The notes under the pieces were generated by a model. It was not told the origin of the DNA, did no database searches, and saw only the letters and a program-made list of their open reading frames with translations. From Paraspadella gotoi (taxonomy: Eukaryota; Animalia; Chaetognatha), in contig CM119270.1 in NCBI GenBank assembly GCA_051294375.1, forward strand, positions 14,347,247 through 14,411,246: a DNA stretch of 64,000 bases, written 5' to 3'. Shown one piece after another: positions 1-12,247 of this stretch. The position numbers and the translations under genes are program-made. Each line of letters opens with the position of its first letter. The first letter of the stretch is position 1.

Positions 1-263
1 CTAAACATTTTTTAAAAAGTATGGTACTATAATAGTAAGTACGTGATAGTTTAATGATGTGAAATTCAGCTCATCGCTGCATCTATGTTTTGAAAAGCGA
101 ATAAAAAATGTTCTGAGCTCGTAATATTTATTTCAAATAAACAAAACTGAAATCTCTATTGTCAGAGATGGCACAGAATTTAATTAAAACGAATGGAGCT
201 AAATTAAAAGAAGAAAGTAAATATTTTGAGCCAAAGAGAGGAAATGCCTAAAAGGAGACAATA

Positions 264-264
<1 letters not shown>

Positions 265-328
<64 letters not shown>

Positions 329-330
329 AA
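265..330 (+). repeat. (AAAG)n microsatellite
   Basis: Perfect gaaa tetramer run; similar runs at about 1895-1986 and, as (TTTC)n, at about 19010-19100 and in its copies. Confidence 0.95.
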
Positions 331-1896
331 AAGAAAGAGTGAGATGCTATTTTGTTTGATCGCGTCTCGGAATGAATCGAAAAGACTTTCAGGTTTTTTC
401 CCGCGTTTGAAGTTTTCATTTAAAAAGGGAAAAAAGGACTTTGTTATCACAATGATGCTTTTTACGTGAAGCGGCAAAGTTTTATCTGTTAAAGAGGAAA
501 CGGGTGAGCGAAAGTGAGTTTTATTTTGTCGTGTGAAAAAATTATACAGAATTTACAATTATATATATATGGATCGTGGGTGCGAGTTCATTCTCCTCCA
601 TTTCGTACCCGTTGTTCGAATGTGTTTGTGTGAAATGTGCGCGCGAGTTATTTACTTTACACCAGATGGCGATTCCAAAGAGAAAATCTGTTTCACTTCG
701 CACACACGAAAATGAGAAAACCTCCCAAATAATGAAAAATTTGTTTTCTTTTTTTTTTCTTTTTTTTTTCTTTTTTATTTCCATCCCGCTTATAGTCTCG
801 TCTTTTTTTTGAGATTTTCATTGTCCTGACTGCTACGTGATTATGGATCGAGTTGAGAATGAGAAGGCAAGAAAGAGCGTCAGAGTCAGGGTAAAAAATT
901 GAGATAGAGATAACGAAAATGAAAAAAAAGGGGTAAAGTCATTATATTAATACTATTTTAGACTTTTTTCTCGAGATGGCATATCCTTAAATATAATTTG
1001 CATATTGGAGTATTTGCGAAATAGAATGCTTGGAAGATTTTAGTTTAAAGGATTTATATAACTGTAGTCCAGTCAACTATAGATAAGTCGTATTGACTTA
1101 CTCTGAGTTGCCTTGTACATAATAATGACCTGTCGTTCTCTAAAGGTCACAGTGAATTTTTCACGTGATGTATATTATAATCTGGCAAATAGGTGGTCGA
1201 CGACGAAAATGACAACGATGGCGTCTGCAAACTTTCCTTCAAACCATGAGCTAATGTTTTCGTTATTTGCTCTGCGTTCATCACGCAGCCGAAGCTATGG
1301 GGAAGGTGCCGACGGGAAGCTCAGCGGCTGCCGGAAATTTCGAGGGTAATTGAGGTAAACACCGACGGGGTGAGTAGTCAAACAATTTAACTTATCCTAG
1401 TTTTCTCTCGTTGTAAGAGTTTTGAAATTTAGGAAGCTTCAGTGAAATTTANNNNNNNNNNNNNNNNNNNNNNNNNNNNNNNNNNNNNNNNNNNNNNNNN
1501 NNNNNNNNNNNNNNNNNNNNNNNNNNNNNNNNNNNNNNNNNNNNNNNNNNNNNNNNNNNNNNNNNNNNNNNNNNNNNNNNNNNNNNNNNNNNNNNNNNNN
1601 NNNNNNNNNNNNNNNNNNNNNNNNNNNNNNNNNNNNNNNNNNNNNNNNNNNNNNNNNNNNNNNNNNNNNNNNNNNNNNNNNNNNNNNNNNNNNNNNNNNN
1701 NNNNNNNNNNNNNNNNNNNNNNNNNNNNNNNNNNNNNNNNNNNNNNNNNNNNNNNNNNNNNNNNNNNNNNNNNNNNNNNNNNNNNNCGTTGTTTTTCCAT
1801 CGTTTGCGCGCAGAGGGGCGGCCTCCGCCGCAGCGCCGCCGCTCTGCAGCAGAGGCAACAACATGAATGCGACGGAAAAAAAGAGAGAAAGAAGGA

Positions 1897-1984
<88 letters not shown>

Positions 1985-2440
1985 AAAGATAAAAATAAAG
2001 AAAGAAACAGGAGAAGAAAGAATAAAATATATTTGGCTCAAATGAAAAAAAAACAAGGAGAGGAAATAGCGAAGTCGGGGTGGCGGGGGAATTCGTCATC
2101 AAGCCAGATCGAAGCAGACAGATGAGAACGGAAGACAATAACTAAAGTTTCAATTACAAAAAGTTAAGAACTGACAACCAAAACTGAAAAATTGTAAAAT
2201 ATAATACGTAATACAAAATTTAAAAAAAAAGTAAAAACATTAATTTTTTAACCTCTTTAAGACTACAAAAAAATAATCAAAAATCGAAATGTACTGACTG
2301 ATTAACGGAAGCTTTCAAGTCAAACAGACAGACGAACAACGAATCGGCCGAAGACGAACGAAGGCGAGAGTCAAAGGAGATAAACATCCGGTGCCAATTC
2401 GGCCTGGCAGAGAGATTCTCTTTAACCAGATTTTCTGGTT

Positions 2441-3170
2441 CCTCTTTTACATTAACGAAGAATCGTATGGACAACACGATCGGACACCATGGGCTCACGG
2501 CGGTCAGATCCGACGCCCTCGGGGGGCAAGGGGGGAAAGACAGAGACCCCGGCGTTGGCTGCGTCGGTGGCGGCGGTGGCGGCGGTGGCGGCGGCGGCGG
2601 CGGCAGCGGCAGTTAATTCGATAAATGCGTCCGAATAAATCGAATCAATAGCGTAAACACTGAAGAAGCTTTGCCAAAAAAAAAGGGAGAATAGGACGAA
2701 GCAGCTGTTTTTTATTTTGGTGAGAGTGAGTGAAAGCGGGTAAGTTGTAATATGAAAGTAAAGTCAGGGAGGGTGATGTGGTTTCGTTTTTAAAAGAGAT
2801 AAAATAAATCGATATTGCTAGTACCATTACCAAACCATTTTAACGATTATTATCACGCATTTAAATTAACCAAACAAACCGCAAAGAAATCTCGGAAAAA
2901 CGAAGACTAATTGAATGCTCAAACGTGAAATGCGCAAATTAGCCAGACTCGCTGGAGCCAAACTTTGTCGATCGACACCCCCCTTTCAATTGGCTTCACC
3001 ATATTCGTCACCACCAAACTACCCAGACAAACAAGAAGAAAAGACAACAAAAGCAAAGCGTTGAAATTAAAAGGGGAAAAAGTGAGAAGGAGAGAGGAGA
3101 GAGTGAGAGAGTGAGAGAGAGAGGAAAGGGCTGAGAATGTGAAAGTGTGGAACGAAAGACTTTCCATTCA

Positions 3171-3233
<63 letters not shown>

Positions 3234-3356
3234 CTCTCTTCACACACAAGCTTTTTTTTTCTTCCCGTCAATAATAGGACCAGAATTATTGAAAAAAAGG
3301 CTGCCCTCCGATTTACGAATTTTATAGCGAAAATTTTAAGCCTCCCTCATTCTCTC

Positions 3357-3440
<84 letters not shown>

Positions 3441-4185
3441 TCTATCACTCTCCTCTCTCTCTCCTCTCTCTTAGTGAACGATCGCCAGGAGGTTTTTCCC
3501 CTTTTAATTTCAACGCTCTTGCTTTTTTGTTGTCTTTTTTCTTGTTGTCTGGGGTAGTTTGGGTGTGTGACGAATATGGTGAAGCCAAATTGAAAGGGGT
3601 GTCGATCGACAAAGTTTGCTCCAGCGCGATGTCTGGCTGAATTTCCAGTTATACGCGTTTGCGGGATTTCATTCAATTAAGTCCTTCGGTCTTTTCCGAA
3701 GATTTCTTTTGCGGTTTGTTTCGAGTTAATTTAAATGCGTGAAATAATCTTTAAATGAGTTTGGTTATGCGTACTAGCAAATATCGATTTACTTGATTAT
3801 CTCTTTTAAAACAAACCACATCACCCTCCCTGAACTTTACTTTGCATATTTACAACTTACCCGCTTTCACTCACTCTCACGCAAATAAAAAACAGTCTGC
3901 TTCGTCCTATTTACCTCCCTTTTTCTTCCTTGGCTATTACGCTTCCCTTCAGTTGTTTACGCTATTAGATTTACTTGGACAACATTATTCGAGCATAATT
4001 CATGCAGTATACCGCCCGCTGCCCCGACCGCCGCCACCGCCGCCACCGACCTTACGCAGCCAACCGTCGGGTCTCTGTCTTTTCCCCCTTGCCTCCCCGA
4101 GGGGTCGGATCTGACCGCCCGTGGAGGCCCATGTGTCCGATCGTTTGTCATACGATTCTTCGCTTATGTAAAAGAGATCTTCTCT
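2441..4185. repeat. Indel-rich inverted duplication (arms about 2441-3080 and 3492-4185)
   Basis: For example gtcgatcgacacccccctttcaattggcttcaccatattcgtc versus gacgaatatggtgaagccaaattgaaaggggtgtcgatcgac. The right arm runs into the 25-N gap at 4188-4212. Confidence 0.9.
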
Positions 4186-5189
4186 CTNNNNNNNNNNNNN
4201 NNNNNNNNNNNNTCTCTCTCTCTCTCACTCTCTCCCTCTCTCCTTTTTGCCCGGAATGGCCCTTTGTTGTTTTAACTGCCACCGTTGTTTTTGTTGTTGC
4301 GAAATGTCGAGTTCTGCTGTTGTTGTTTTTATTGTTGTTGTTGTCGTCGTCGTTGTCGCGCGTTTTTTTTTTCTGCGCGGTTCGTGATTTTGATATCGAT
4401 TAGCCTCAGCTGTGTGATTTTTTCATTATCGACACGGTGAACGACAACGACGTCGTTATTGTCGTCGTCATCGTCGTCGTCGTCGTCGTCGTCTTCGTCG
4501 TATTCTAATTAACGTTGTTTTTATACGTACGATTGCTTATTACAAAAGCCCTCATTGATATTTCTCAAATAAGTAGTTCCTTATTTTTCCAGATTTCCTC
4601 GCTCAATTTAGATTTAGTTTTAAACTTGGTTTTCCAGCCCTCCCTAAAACGGCGATTCCTTCTTTAAAAAATGTCTGAAACAGCCAAAACAAGCCCAATT
4701 AACGAAAGAAACTTTCAAATAGACTTTGTACTAAGAAAAAATAATAATAATACAAAAGCAAGCAAAGAAAGTTAAAAAAGATTAAAAAAAAGTTAAAATA
4801 AAGAAAGATATTCGCTGATCTTTTTTTGTTTACCATTCGTTTACGATTTTGTAAACAAAACTCGTCCATGCCTTCGCCCTTTGAAAAATTATGGACGCAA
4901 TTTTTTTTCGAACTTTGTCAAATAAAAATTTATTTTTTTCTCGTCGATTATTTATGAGATCAATCGAAAAAACACTCGAGATCGAAAAAGAGGGGGGGGG
5001 GAGTTGATGGTGATGTCAGTTGTGATGTCGTTGTCAGTCGTGATGTCAGAGATGTTGTCAGTAATAGGGATAATTGAGGTGCATAGTACGTTATGTTTAG
5101 GCTTAGAAGCAACCGTATTACCCATTGAATTAGGCTTTAAAAACTGAGGGAACTGAACTTTTTCAACAAATTTCTTTTACGCAGTCAGA

Positions 5190-5337
5190 AAAATGTACAA
5201 ATGAAAAAATTTAAAAATGTAAATATGTAAAAATGTAAAAATGTAAAAATGTAAAAATGTAAAAATGTAAATATGTAAAAATGTAAAAATGTAAATATGT
5301 AAACATGTAAATATGTAAATATATAAAAATGTAAAAA
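5190..5337 (+). repeat. Octamer tandem repeat (ATGTAAAA/ATGTAAAT)n next to the FoxP exon donor
   Basis: Directly visible run of aaatgtaa-type units; explains the FTFLHFYI repeat in ORF 5185-5595. Confidence 0.9.
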
Positions 5338-5342
5338 CTCAC

Positions 5343-5531
5343 CGGAAGCGAGCCGTTGTTGCAGGCCAAGGCCCTGAACGAGCAAATACTGTCGTTGCTG
5401 CAGCTGAATCTGCTGCACTAACTGTTGCTGGTGTAGGGCGAGTTGCTGCAGCTGTAATTGAAGCTGCTTGGAGCTGGACTTGGTTTTTTCAATGGCGGCG
5501 GACATAGCCTCACCTCTTTCCTTTTGGTCTC
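5343..5531 (-). CDS. FoxP: Next coding exon of the same FoxP-family gene
   Basis: Acceptor ctctcctttttcag|GAGAC and donor GCTTCCG|gtgagt. 189 nt, phase 1 to phase 1, joining the upstream exon in frame (G|GA = Gly). Translation GDQKERGEAMSAAIEKTKSSSKQLQLQLQQLALHQQQLVQQIQLQQRQYLLVQGLGLQQRLAS; LQQLALxQQQLxQQ...QYLLxQGLGLQ is recalled as typical of invertebrate FoxP. Confidence 0.8.
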
Positions 5532-5637
5532 CTGAAAAAGGAGAGAAAGGGTAAGTATAATCTATCAGCATGTTTGATAATAATACATTAACCATAAATT
5601 ATCTTAAAATTCAATCCATCAATTTTATGATCCGTAT

Positions 5638-5712
<75 letters not shown>

Positions 5713-6403
5713 TTTTTCCCTTCAACGATCAATGGGTGTGTTGTTTATGTTTCTTATTTGTTTGTTCAACACCCACATTCGAAGTCGCGAAATTTTTTGA
5801 ACCGCTGACTTTTTTTGTTTTCTTTTATATCGAAACCGGTCGAAAAAAAAAAATCCCGTTGTTGATTTTCGGATATATTAATTGGACGAAAGTGAATGAA
5901 ATAGTGATATTTCACATACATTTATTATATAAAAAAACAAAATTAATATTAGCTCTTTTTATCGAGCGAAAAAAAATATAGAATTCGTTACGTATTTTGT
6001 TCTTTTGTTTTTGTTTTTATTATTTGTCTATTTTTTTTTTTCGCTGAAAAGAAATAACGAGCGGCGTTGATCAATATTGATACCGCGGACAGCGACCGCT
6101 ACGTTGGCCGCAGAAAAACCGAGTATTAGTCAATACTCAATACATACGATTCGGTTATTGACTGACAAACGATTTCGAAAATAAGAAGCCAAAGTTAAAA
6201 ACAATATAATTCGTAGTATAGCTAAGATTTGTTTGCGGTAAAATTACTCGCATTATATATATGTTAAAGTTTTTCTGCTTGTGGTATCTGTGAAGAAATT
6301 TTTAAAAGTTTTGTTTAATTTCTTATTTAAAATATATTTTTTTAAAAATGTTAGTTAATTTTTTGTTCCTTGTTCGTAGGTTTCTCCTGAGCTATCGCCT
6401 TAC
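5532..6403 (-). other. GT-AG intron (872 bp) between the two FoxP exons
   Basis: Canonical gtaagg...ttttcag ends, AT-rich, contains a (CT)n tract at about 5645-5709, and splicing preserves the reading frame. Confidence 0.8.
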
Positions 6404-6554
6404 CTGAAGGTGAGTTGGGACGGCTGGACTCGCGTTGCAGAGACTCCAACTTCTGCTGTTGCTGCTGTTGTTGTTGCATCAACTGCGACTGTTGCAGGAT
6501 GTTAAGTTGCAACTGCTCTTGCAACTGCTTCAAGATTTGCTCGTGCATGTTTTG
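6404..6554 (-). CDS. FoxP: Internal coding exon of a FoxP-family forkhead transcription factor (N-terminal Q/L-rich region)
   Basis: Minus strand has a polypyrimidine acceptor tttcctttccag|CAAAACATG and donor CCTTCAG|gtaagg. 151 nt, phase 0 to phase 1. Translation QNMHEQILKQLQEQLQLNILQQSQLMQQQQQQQQKLESLQRESSRPNSPS(G) resembles, from memory of the family, the QLxEQLQxNxLQQ motif of invertebrate FoxP. No database search was run. Confidence 0.8.
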
Positions 6555-7845
6555 CTGGAAAGGAAAAAAAAAGGAGAGAAAATTAATTTTAAGAAATCAA
6601 TTTAAACGGGTTTCATTTTGAGTTAGATCAGCAATGAAGACGGAAAGACGTTTGACTATAATTTCAAACAACGATTTGAACCAAAATTGTAAAACATGTA
6701 AAATTAAAACAATTCCAATTCATTGGGTCGAGCCTTATAGAATCTGTCGAACCAAATCGGAAAGCAAAAACGCCAGTCACGGATTCCAGGACAAAAAAAA
6801 AAAACTAATCAAAAGTCAGAAATTATCACGAAACACGGAAAGTCGTGAATCTCTCGCAACATTTCGTGACGAAAGCCTCGTCATTAAAGACGCTTTGTCA
6901 TCGCGGAATTCCCCTCGAGTCACGGTTACGCTGGGTGACAGGTTCGGACTCGTCAACGACGGACGCGTTACAGAGAGGCGTGACTCTGGACGTGATCGGA
7001 TGAGATTCGGTCGACGAAAACTCGATTCGATTAGCGAGGGACGAAAACGACAATTGGCGATGAGTCACACGGAGCTTGAGAATCACGGATCGAGAAATGG
7101 CGGTCATCGCGAATATTAGAAACGATACTACAGAAAATAAGTGACATATATGAATTTAAAACATGAACATTATTATACAATTACTGTGATATGAATAAAA
7201 AAATCATGTTTATCAAAAGAAATCTAACAATCACCTTCAAAGACAAAGAGTTTTATCGTTGGATAAACGATTCACCGACTTCTTTTCACAATCCTGGGAA
7301 TTTCGATCGCGGGGAAAGTCACGACTCACGACGGAAGTCGCTCATCAACTATCGGGGGTTCGATCCGTAAGAAATCTATTAAATCGGTGCAACGAAAATA
7401 GCAGTTACGATTTCCTTAAGGCAACGAAATAAGCAAATGATAGGGGATCGATTAGTCTTAGCGATAATGGAATTGCGACATGGACGTGAAGAGTCGTTTT
7501 GGACAAAGATGTTGAATGCGATGAAAGTTAAGTGAGTTTGACAATGAACTTTTTTTTTTGATAACAAACTAAATTTCGTTGAGGGCTAAGGAGAAAGATT
7601 GACATAAGAACGAAAAACGTTCGCAACGAAATTAAGAGGAAAAATCGACGATTGGAACCGAATTAATGCGGAACGAGTTTCATTCTCTTTTCGTGTCCCT
7701 TATGTTTCTTTCTTTCTTTTTTTTTAATTTTTTTTTTTCGATTCCGACTCACGAAGCGCCGGTTTCGAGACCGAGACCCAGTTTCACTCGTTAAAAAAAA
7801 CACGAAAAGCGAGACAGACGGAGAGAGAGATAATCGAGGTTTTAT

Positions 7846-7960
<115 letters not shown>

Positions 7961-8263
7961 CGCGGGGGAAAAATCGGATTCGCAAAAACAAGAGAGCTTC
8001 GCCGTTTGAATTTAAGACATTTTACTAGCGAGACACCGAGCGAGCGAGAGACGTAGAAAAAGAGAGAGAGTGAGAGAATTTGTTTACATAAAACAAAACA
8101 AAATAGGAGAAGGCAGAAGATATGAAGGATGAAGGAGGAAGAGGAAGAGGAGGAGGTGAAAGGAAGAGGCATTCTTTTTTTTTTCTTTTTGAAAAAATAT
8201 ACGAAGATTTAAAACGTGAAATGCGATAAAGGATCGAATTTGGTCGAGAGACGATAAAACAAT

Positions 8264-8301
<38 letters not shown>

Positions 8302-8317
8302 AGAGGAGAAGAGAGAG

Positions 8318-8361
<44 letters not shown>

Positions 8362-9187
8362 TGAAACATAGAATAAAGAAATAGAGAAATTAACGAATAG
8401 ATAAACAAATAAGTTGACAGGGAAAACTTAAAAACTGGAAGCGAAAAAAATAACCAACAAATAAAACAAGACGAAAAAGTTGACACTAATTACACTAAAC
8501 AAACTTTCTTTTTTTAATATAGAAATAAACTAAAAGAAGACGAATAATTACGACAGTTTTTATTCTTTTTTTTTTCTTTTGAATAATTCAAACTTAATTC
8601 ATGACGTTTATGTCGTTTGTCTCTTAATATTTCAAAGATTTGTTTAAATCAAACTTCAACAAATATGGAACCAAAGGAGACAATGACGACTTTGACGCTA
8701 ACGGCGACGTCGACTCCGACGCCCCCAATCGGGGAATCAACGAAAAACGGAAGTTGACAGTCGCATGATTTCTTTATGACAAAAGACGACAAAAGATGAC
8801 AAAATGACGGATTTCGTTTTTTCCGCTCTTCAAGACTCTGAACTCTCCTCACCCTTTTGGCGAATGCATCAAACAAAGTCGGACAAAATCGGGGAATCGG
8901 GCGGCGAGCGGAGGGCGGCGGGCGGCGGGCGGCGGGCGTCGGGGGCGAGGTTTAGGTAAGTGGGAGGGGGGATGATAAAAGAGAGTGGGGTAGTATTATA
9001 AATAAAAGCATCAGGAATTAAAGGTGGGTGCGGATTCCCGCCGAACAGAGATGAAGAATAAAACGTAGGAATGAAAGTTTAAAAAAAAATAGGCACAACA
9101 AATTAATTGGAGTCGACAGGGGAAACAAAACAAGTTTACGAGTTCGAATCCCACCCATTTATCTTTATTTTTATCGCTGAGCAAGAG

Positions 9188-9240
<53 letters not shown>

Positions 9241-9952
9241 TCGGAACCGGCATAGGGAAACAAGGGTCAAATGGGATTTGGCGACCCCATGAATGGAATG
9301 AAGGAAGAGAGTTCTCGAGAATCGAGGAAGCGAAGAGAGATGGAGTGAGAGAGCGAGAGAGAGAGAGCGAGAGAGAGAGAGAGAGAAGAAAGATGGAGTT
9401 TTATCGCATTAACAAATTCCAAACTGACGAAAGCCGTAGAACGAGATTTGCAAGAGCGAAAGGGTAAAAGGAATAAAGGTAAAAAAAAAGGATAAAAAAT
9501 AGAGAGGGTGAAAATATTTAAGAAATATAACAACATAATACATGTATAATTTTGTATAATTGAATGGGAGGTTTCGACCGTAATCAAATGAGCTCTCCCT
9601 TCACCAACTGACTACAACCTACAAACTAAAATCACGAAGAGAAAAAACGTTCAAAAATACACTAGTCCTTAGGCAATACAAATCATACTAGTCAACCCCA
9701 GACGGTCATAACCACCTGTCAACACGCAAGTGGCAAAGGATGGATTAGCCATGGGCCAATGCAATGGCTCCTTATCTGAAGTGTCCCCCCCCAAGAAATC
9801 CTCGCGCCAAAGCAAAGGTGTCACATTCTCGTCACAAAGTCGGTCGACCCGAAACGCTTGTTTGGAGGTGGGATCCTCTGCGCACGCGGATGTGCGAATG
9901 CGTGCGAATGCGTGCCTATGTGCACATGTGTGTGACCGCATGGTGGAAAGGT

Positions 9953-10032
<80 letters not shown>

Positions 10033-10734
10033 CAACTCTCTTTCATTTTTGCGTATTTATAATCTTTTGTATTGTTTTCTCTTTTTTAATTATGTCGTTA
10101 GTTAGAACGGAATTTCTCAGGGTTTTTATTTTACTCCGTTGTCCCTTCGTAAAGATTTTTAAGAAAACTTTACACCCTATTTTGTTACTCAACTCTTTTT
10201 GTTTCGAGTTCAATAAAATTTTAAATAAAAATATGAATAAAAAATATTTTACTCGCTCTCATGTTTTGTTTGAAAAGGTGCACGAAGCCCAACGGGAAGT
10301 TGCATCTGCTTTGCACCTCCACTCCAGTCGCCTTCGCTACTTCCGCGGCTGCCGCCTCTAGGCCGCCACCTCCATCGCGCCGACGCCGTCGCCAGCACCG
10401 CCTCCGTCGCAACCGACATCGCCGCCGCCGCCGCCTCCCCTGCTGCCGCCGCCGCCTCTACCGCCTCCGCATCCGCCGCCTCCGCCGCTATCGCCGCCAA
10501 AGGCTCTCGGCTCTCGACGCCAGAAACGGAAATTCAAAATGGAAGCAAAATAAAATTTGAATCCCCTGGCCAAAAAAAAAGAGAAAAGGGGATGAAGGGA
10601 GGAAAAGGAAAAGAAAAAAAAGAAAATAATATCGATGGAGGAAGAAGGAAAAAGGAAGACGAGGGAAGATTGAAAATATCACCGGTAGCTAACGAACGTC
10701 CTCCTTATTCTTTACAATTAGAACTTTTATACTA

Positions 10735-10868
<134 letters not shown>

Positions 10869-11224
10869 ACCGTAACGCGGCATGCAAAGGGCAAAATGGT
10901 AAGGAGAAAAACGTTATCTCCCCTTAAAAAAGTTACGAGAATTCGAATAAAAACTTTTTCTTTTTTTTCTGTCTCCCCTTAAGTCGCTCCTTATAAATAA
11001 AAAAGGGAGGGTATCTCCGTTAAGTTGACATCGGGAGAGGGGCGCGTTAGGAATGACATCGATAGGTGAAGGGTTTCGGGAGCGGAACTTGACATGGAAC
11101 CGGAAAAGTGAGAATTAATTTCGTCGATGTACAAGTAAAAATGTTTGAATTTCATATGTATATGGCGCATGATTTGGAAATTTTAACCAAAAGAAAAATG
11201 AGAGAGAGACAAGAGAGAGAGAGA

Positions 11225-11333
<109 letters not shown>

Positions 11334-11643
11334 TCGAGCTCAAAGAAACATCAAATTTCACCAAAAGTCGCGGAAAGGTTTAATTTTATGGGAAAAAAAA
11401 ACGCGAAATGTTTCTTTTTCTTTCAACCGTGAGGAGTCACGGTGATTAAGTCGTGGGCAGAGGCGAAGGTTTTGATAGATTGAGATGCTAAAAGTGAAAC
11501 AGGGTTTAGAGACATGGTTAAGAAAGAATTTCGAGGCAAAAGTAGCGGATAAATGTTGTAAAAAAATAGCTTCCTTCCTCCCCGCTATCGTAATGTCTCT
11601 CCATCTCTCTCTCTNNNNNNNNNNNNNNNNNNNNNNNNNCTCT

Positions 11644-11695
<52 letters not shown>

Positions 11696-12207
11696 GACTC
11701 TGGCAAACGACATAACGAGCGAACACTTTGAGATTTCCCTCCGTTTTTTGGATGCCTCGTCATCGTTTCGGTCGTCGTCGTCGTCCGTCTTCACACAAAA
11801 GGTCGACGTCTCCCAAAGTTTCCTTTATTGCCTTCCATACAAAGAAATTCTTTTTTAGGGGGGCGGGGAGGTCGAGGAAAAGTATTTAAGAAAATATAAA
11901 TTTTCCTGATTTATTTTCTTTTTGCATAATTATAAATCAAAAAAATGTTGAATGACCTATGGATAGTGTTCAATAAGTGTACAAGAATAAGCAGAAAAGA
12001 ATAACTTAATTATACACTAGATAAAGCTAGATTTTCAAATTTAACATTTAAACTACTTCAATAGGCACATTGGATTGCGAGCACTGGTGGTTCGGCGTTC
12101 GCGGTTGCCGAGTCGCCGTGTCCACGCTCCTTGCGTCTGTTGCTAAGAAAGAGGGAGTCGCCGATTGTTTTCGTTTTGTGAAGACACAAAATTAGACTCT
12201 CTCTCAT

Positions 12208-12247
<40 letters not shown>

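Noticed and set aside
1787-1853. Possible minus-strand acceptor (ctgctgcag|agcggcggcg) after a (TTTC)n tract as the next FoxP exon
   Set aside because: The required phase-1 frame gives ERRRCGGGRPSARKRWKNN, which does not resemble FoxP, and it runs into a gap so no donor can be checked.
2452-2660. Minus-strand Ala-rich open frame (...ELTAAAAAAATAATAATDAANAGVSVFPPLPP...LR*) as an alternative terminal FoxP exon
   Set aside because: The nearby AG acceptors give phase 2, incompatible with the phase-1 donor at 5343.
1355-5305. Forkhead motifs GTAAACA (about 1355, 2653, 4851, 5299) suggesting FoxP autoregulation
   Set aside because: Short AT-rich motif, one copy is part of the octamer repeat, and enrichment cannot be shown without statistics.
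6634-7119. 161-aa plus-strand ORF
   Set aside because: No recognisable homology, antisense to FoxP, includes a poly-A-derived Lys run; better explained as a CpG-rich non-coding patch.
7295-7370. B-box-like GGTTCGATCC (also GAGTTCGAATCCC near 9140)
   Set aside because: No A-box at the right spacing and no cloverleaf.
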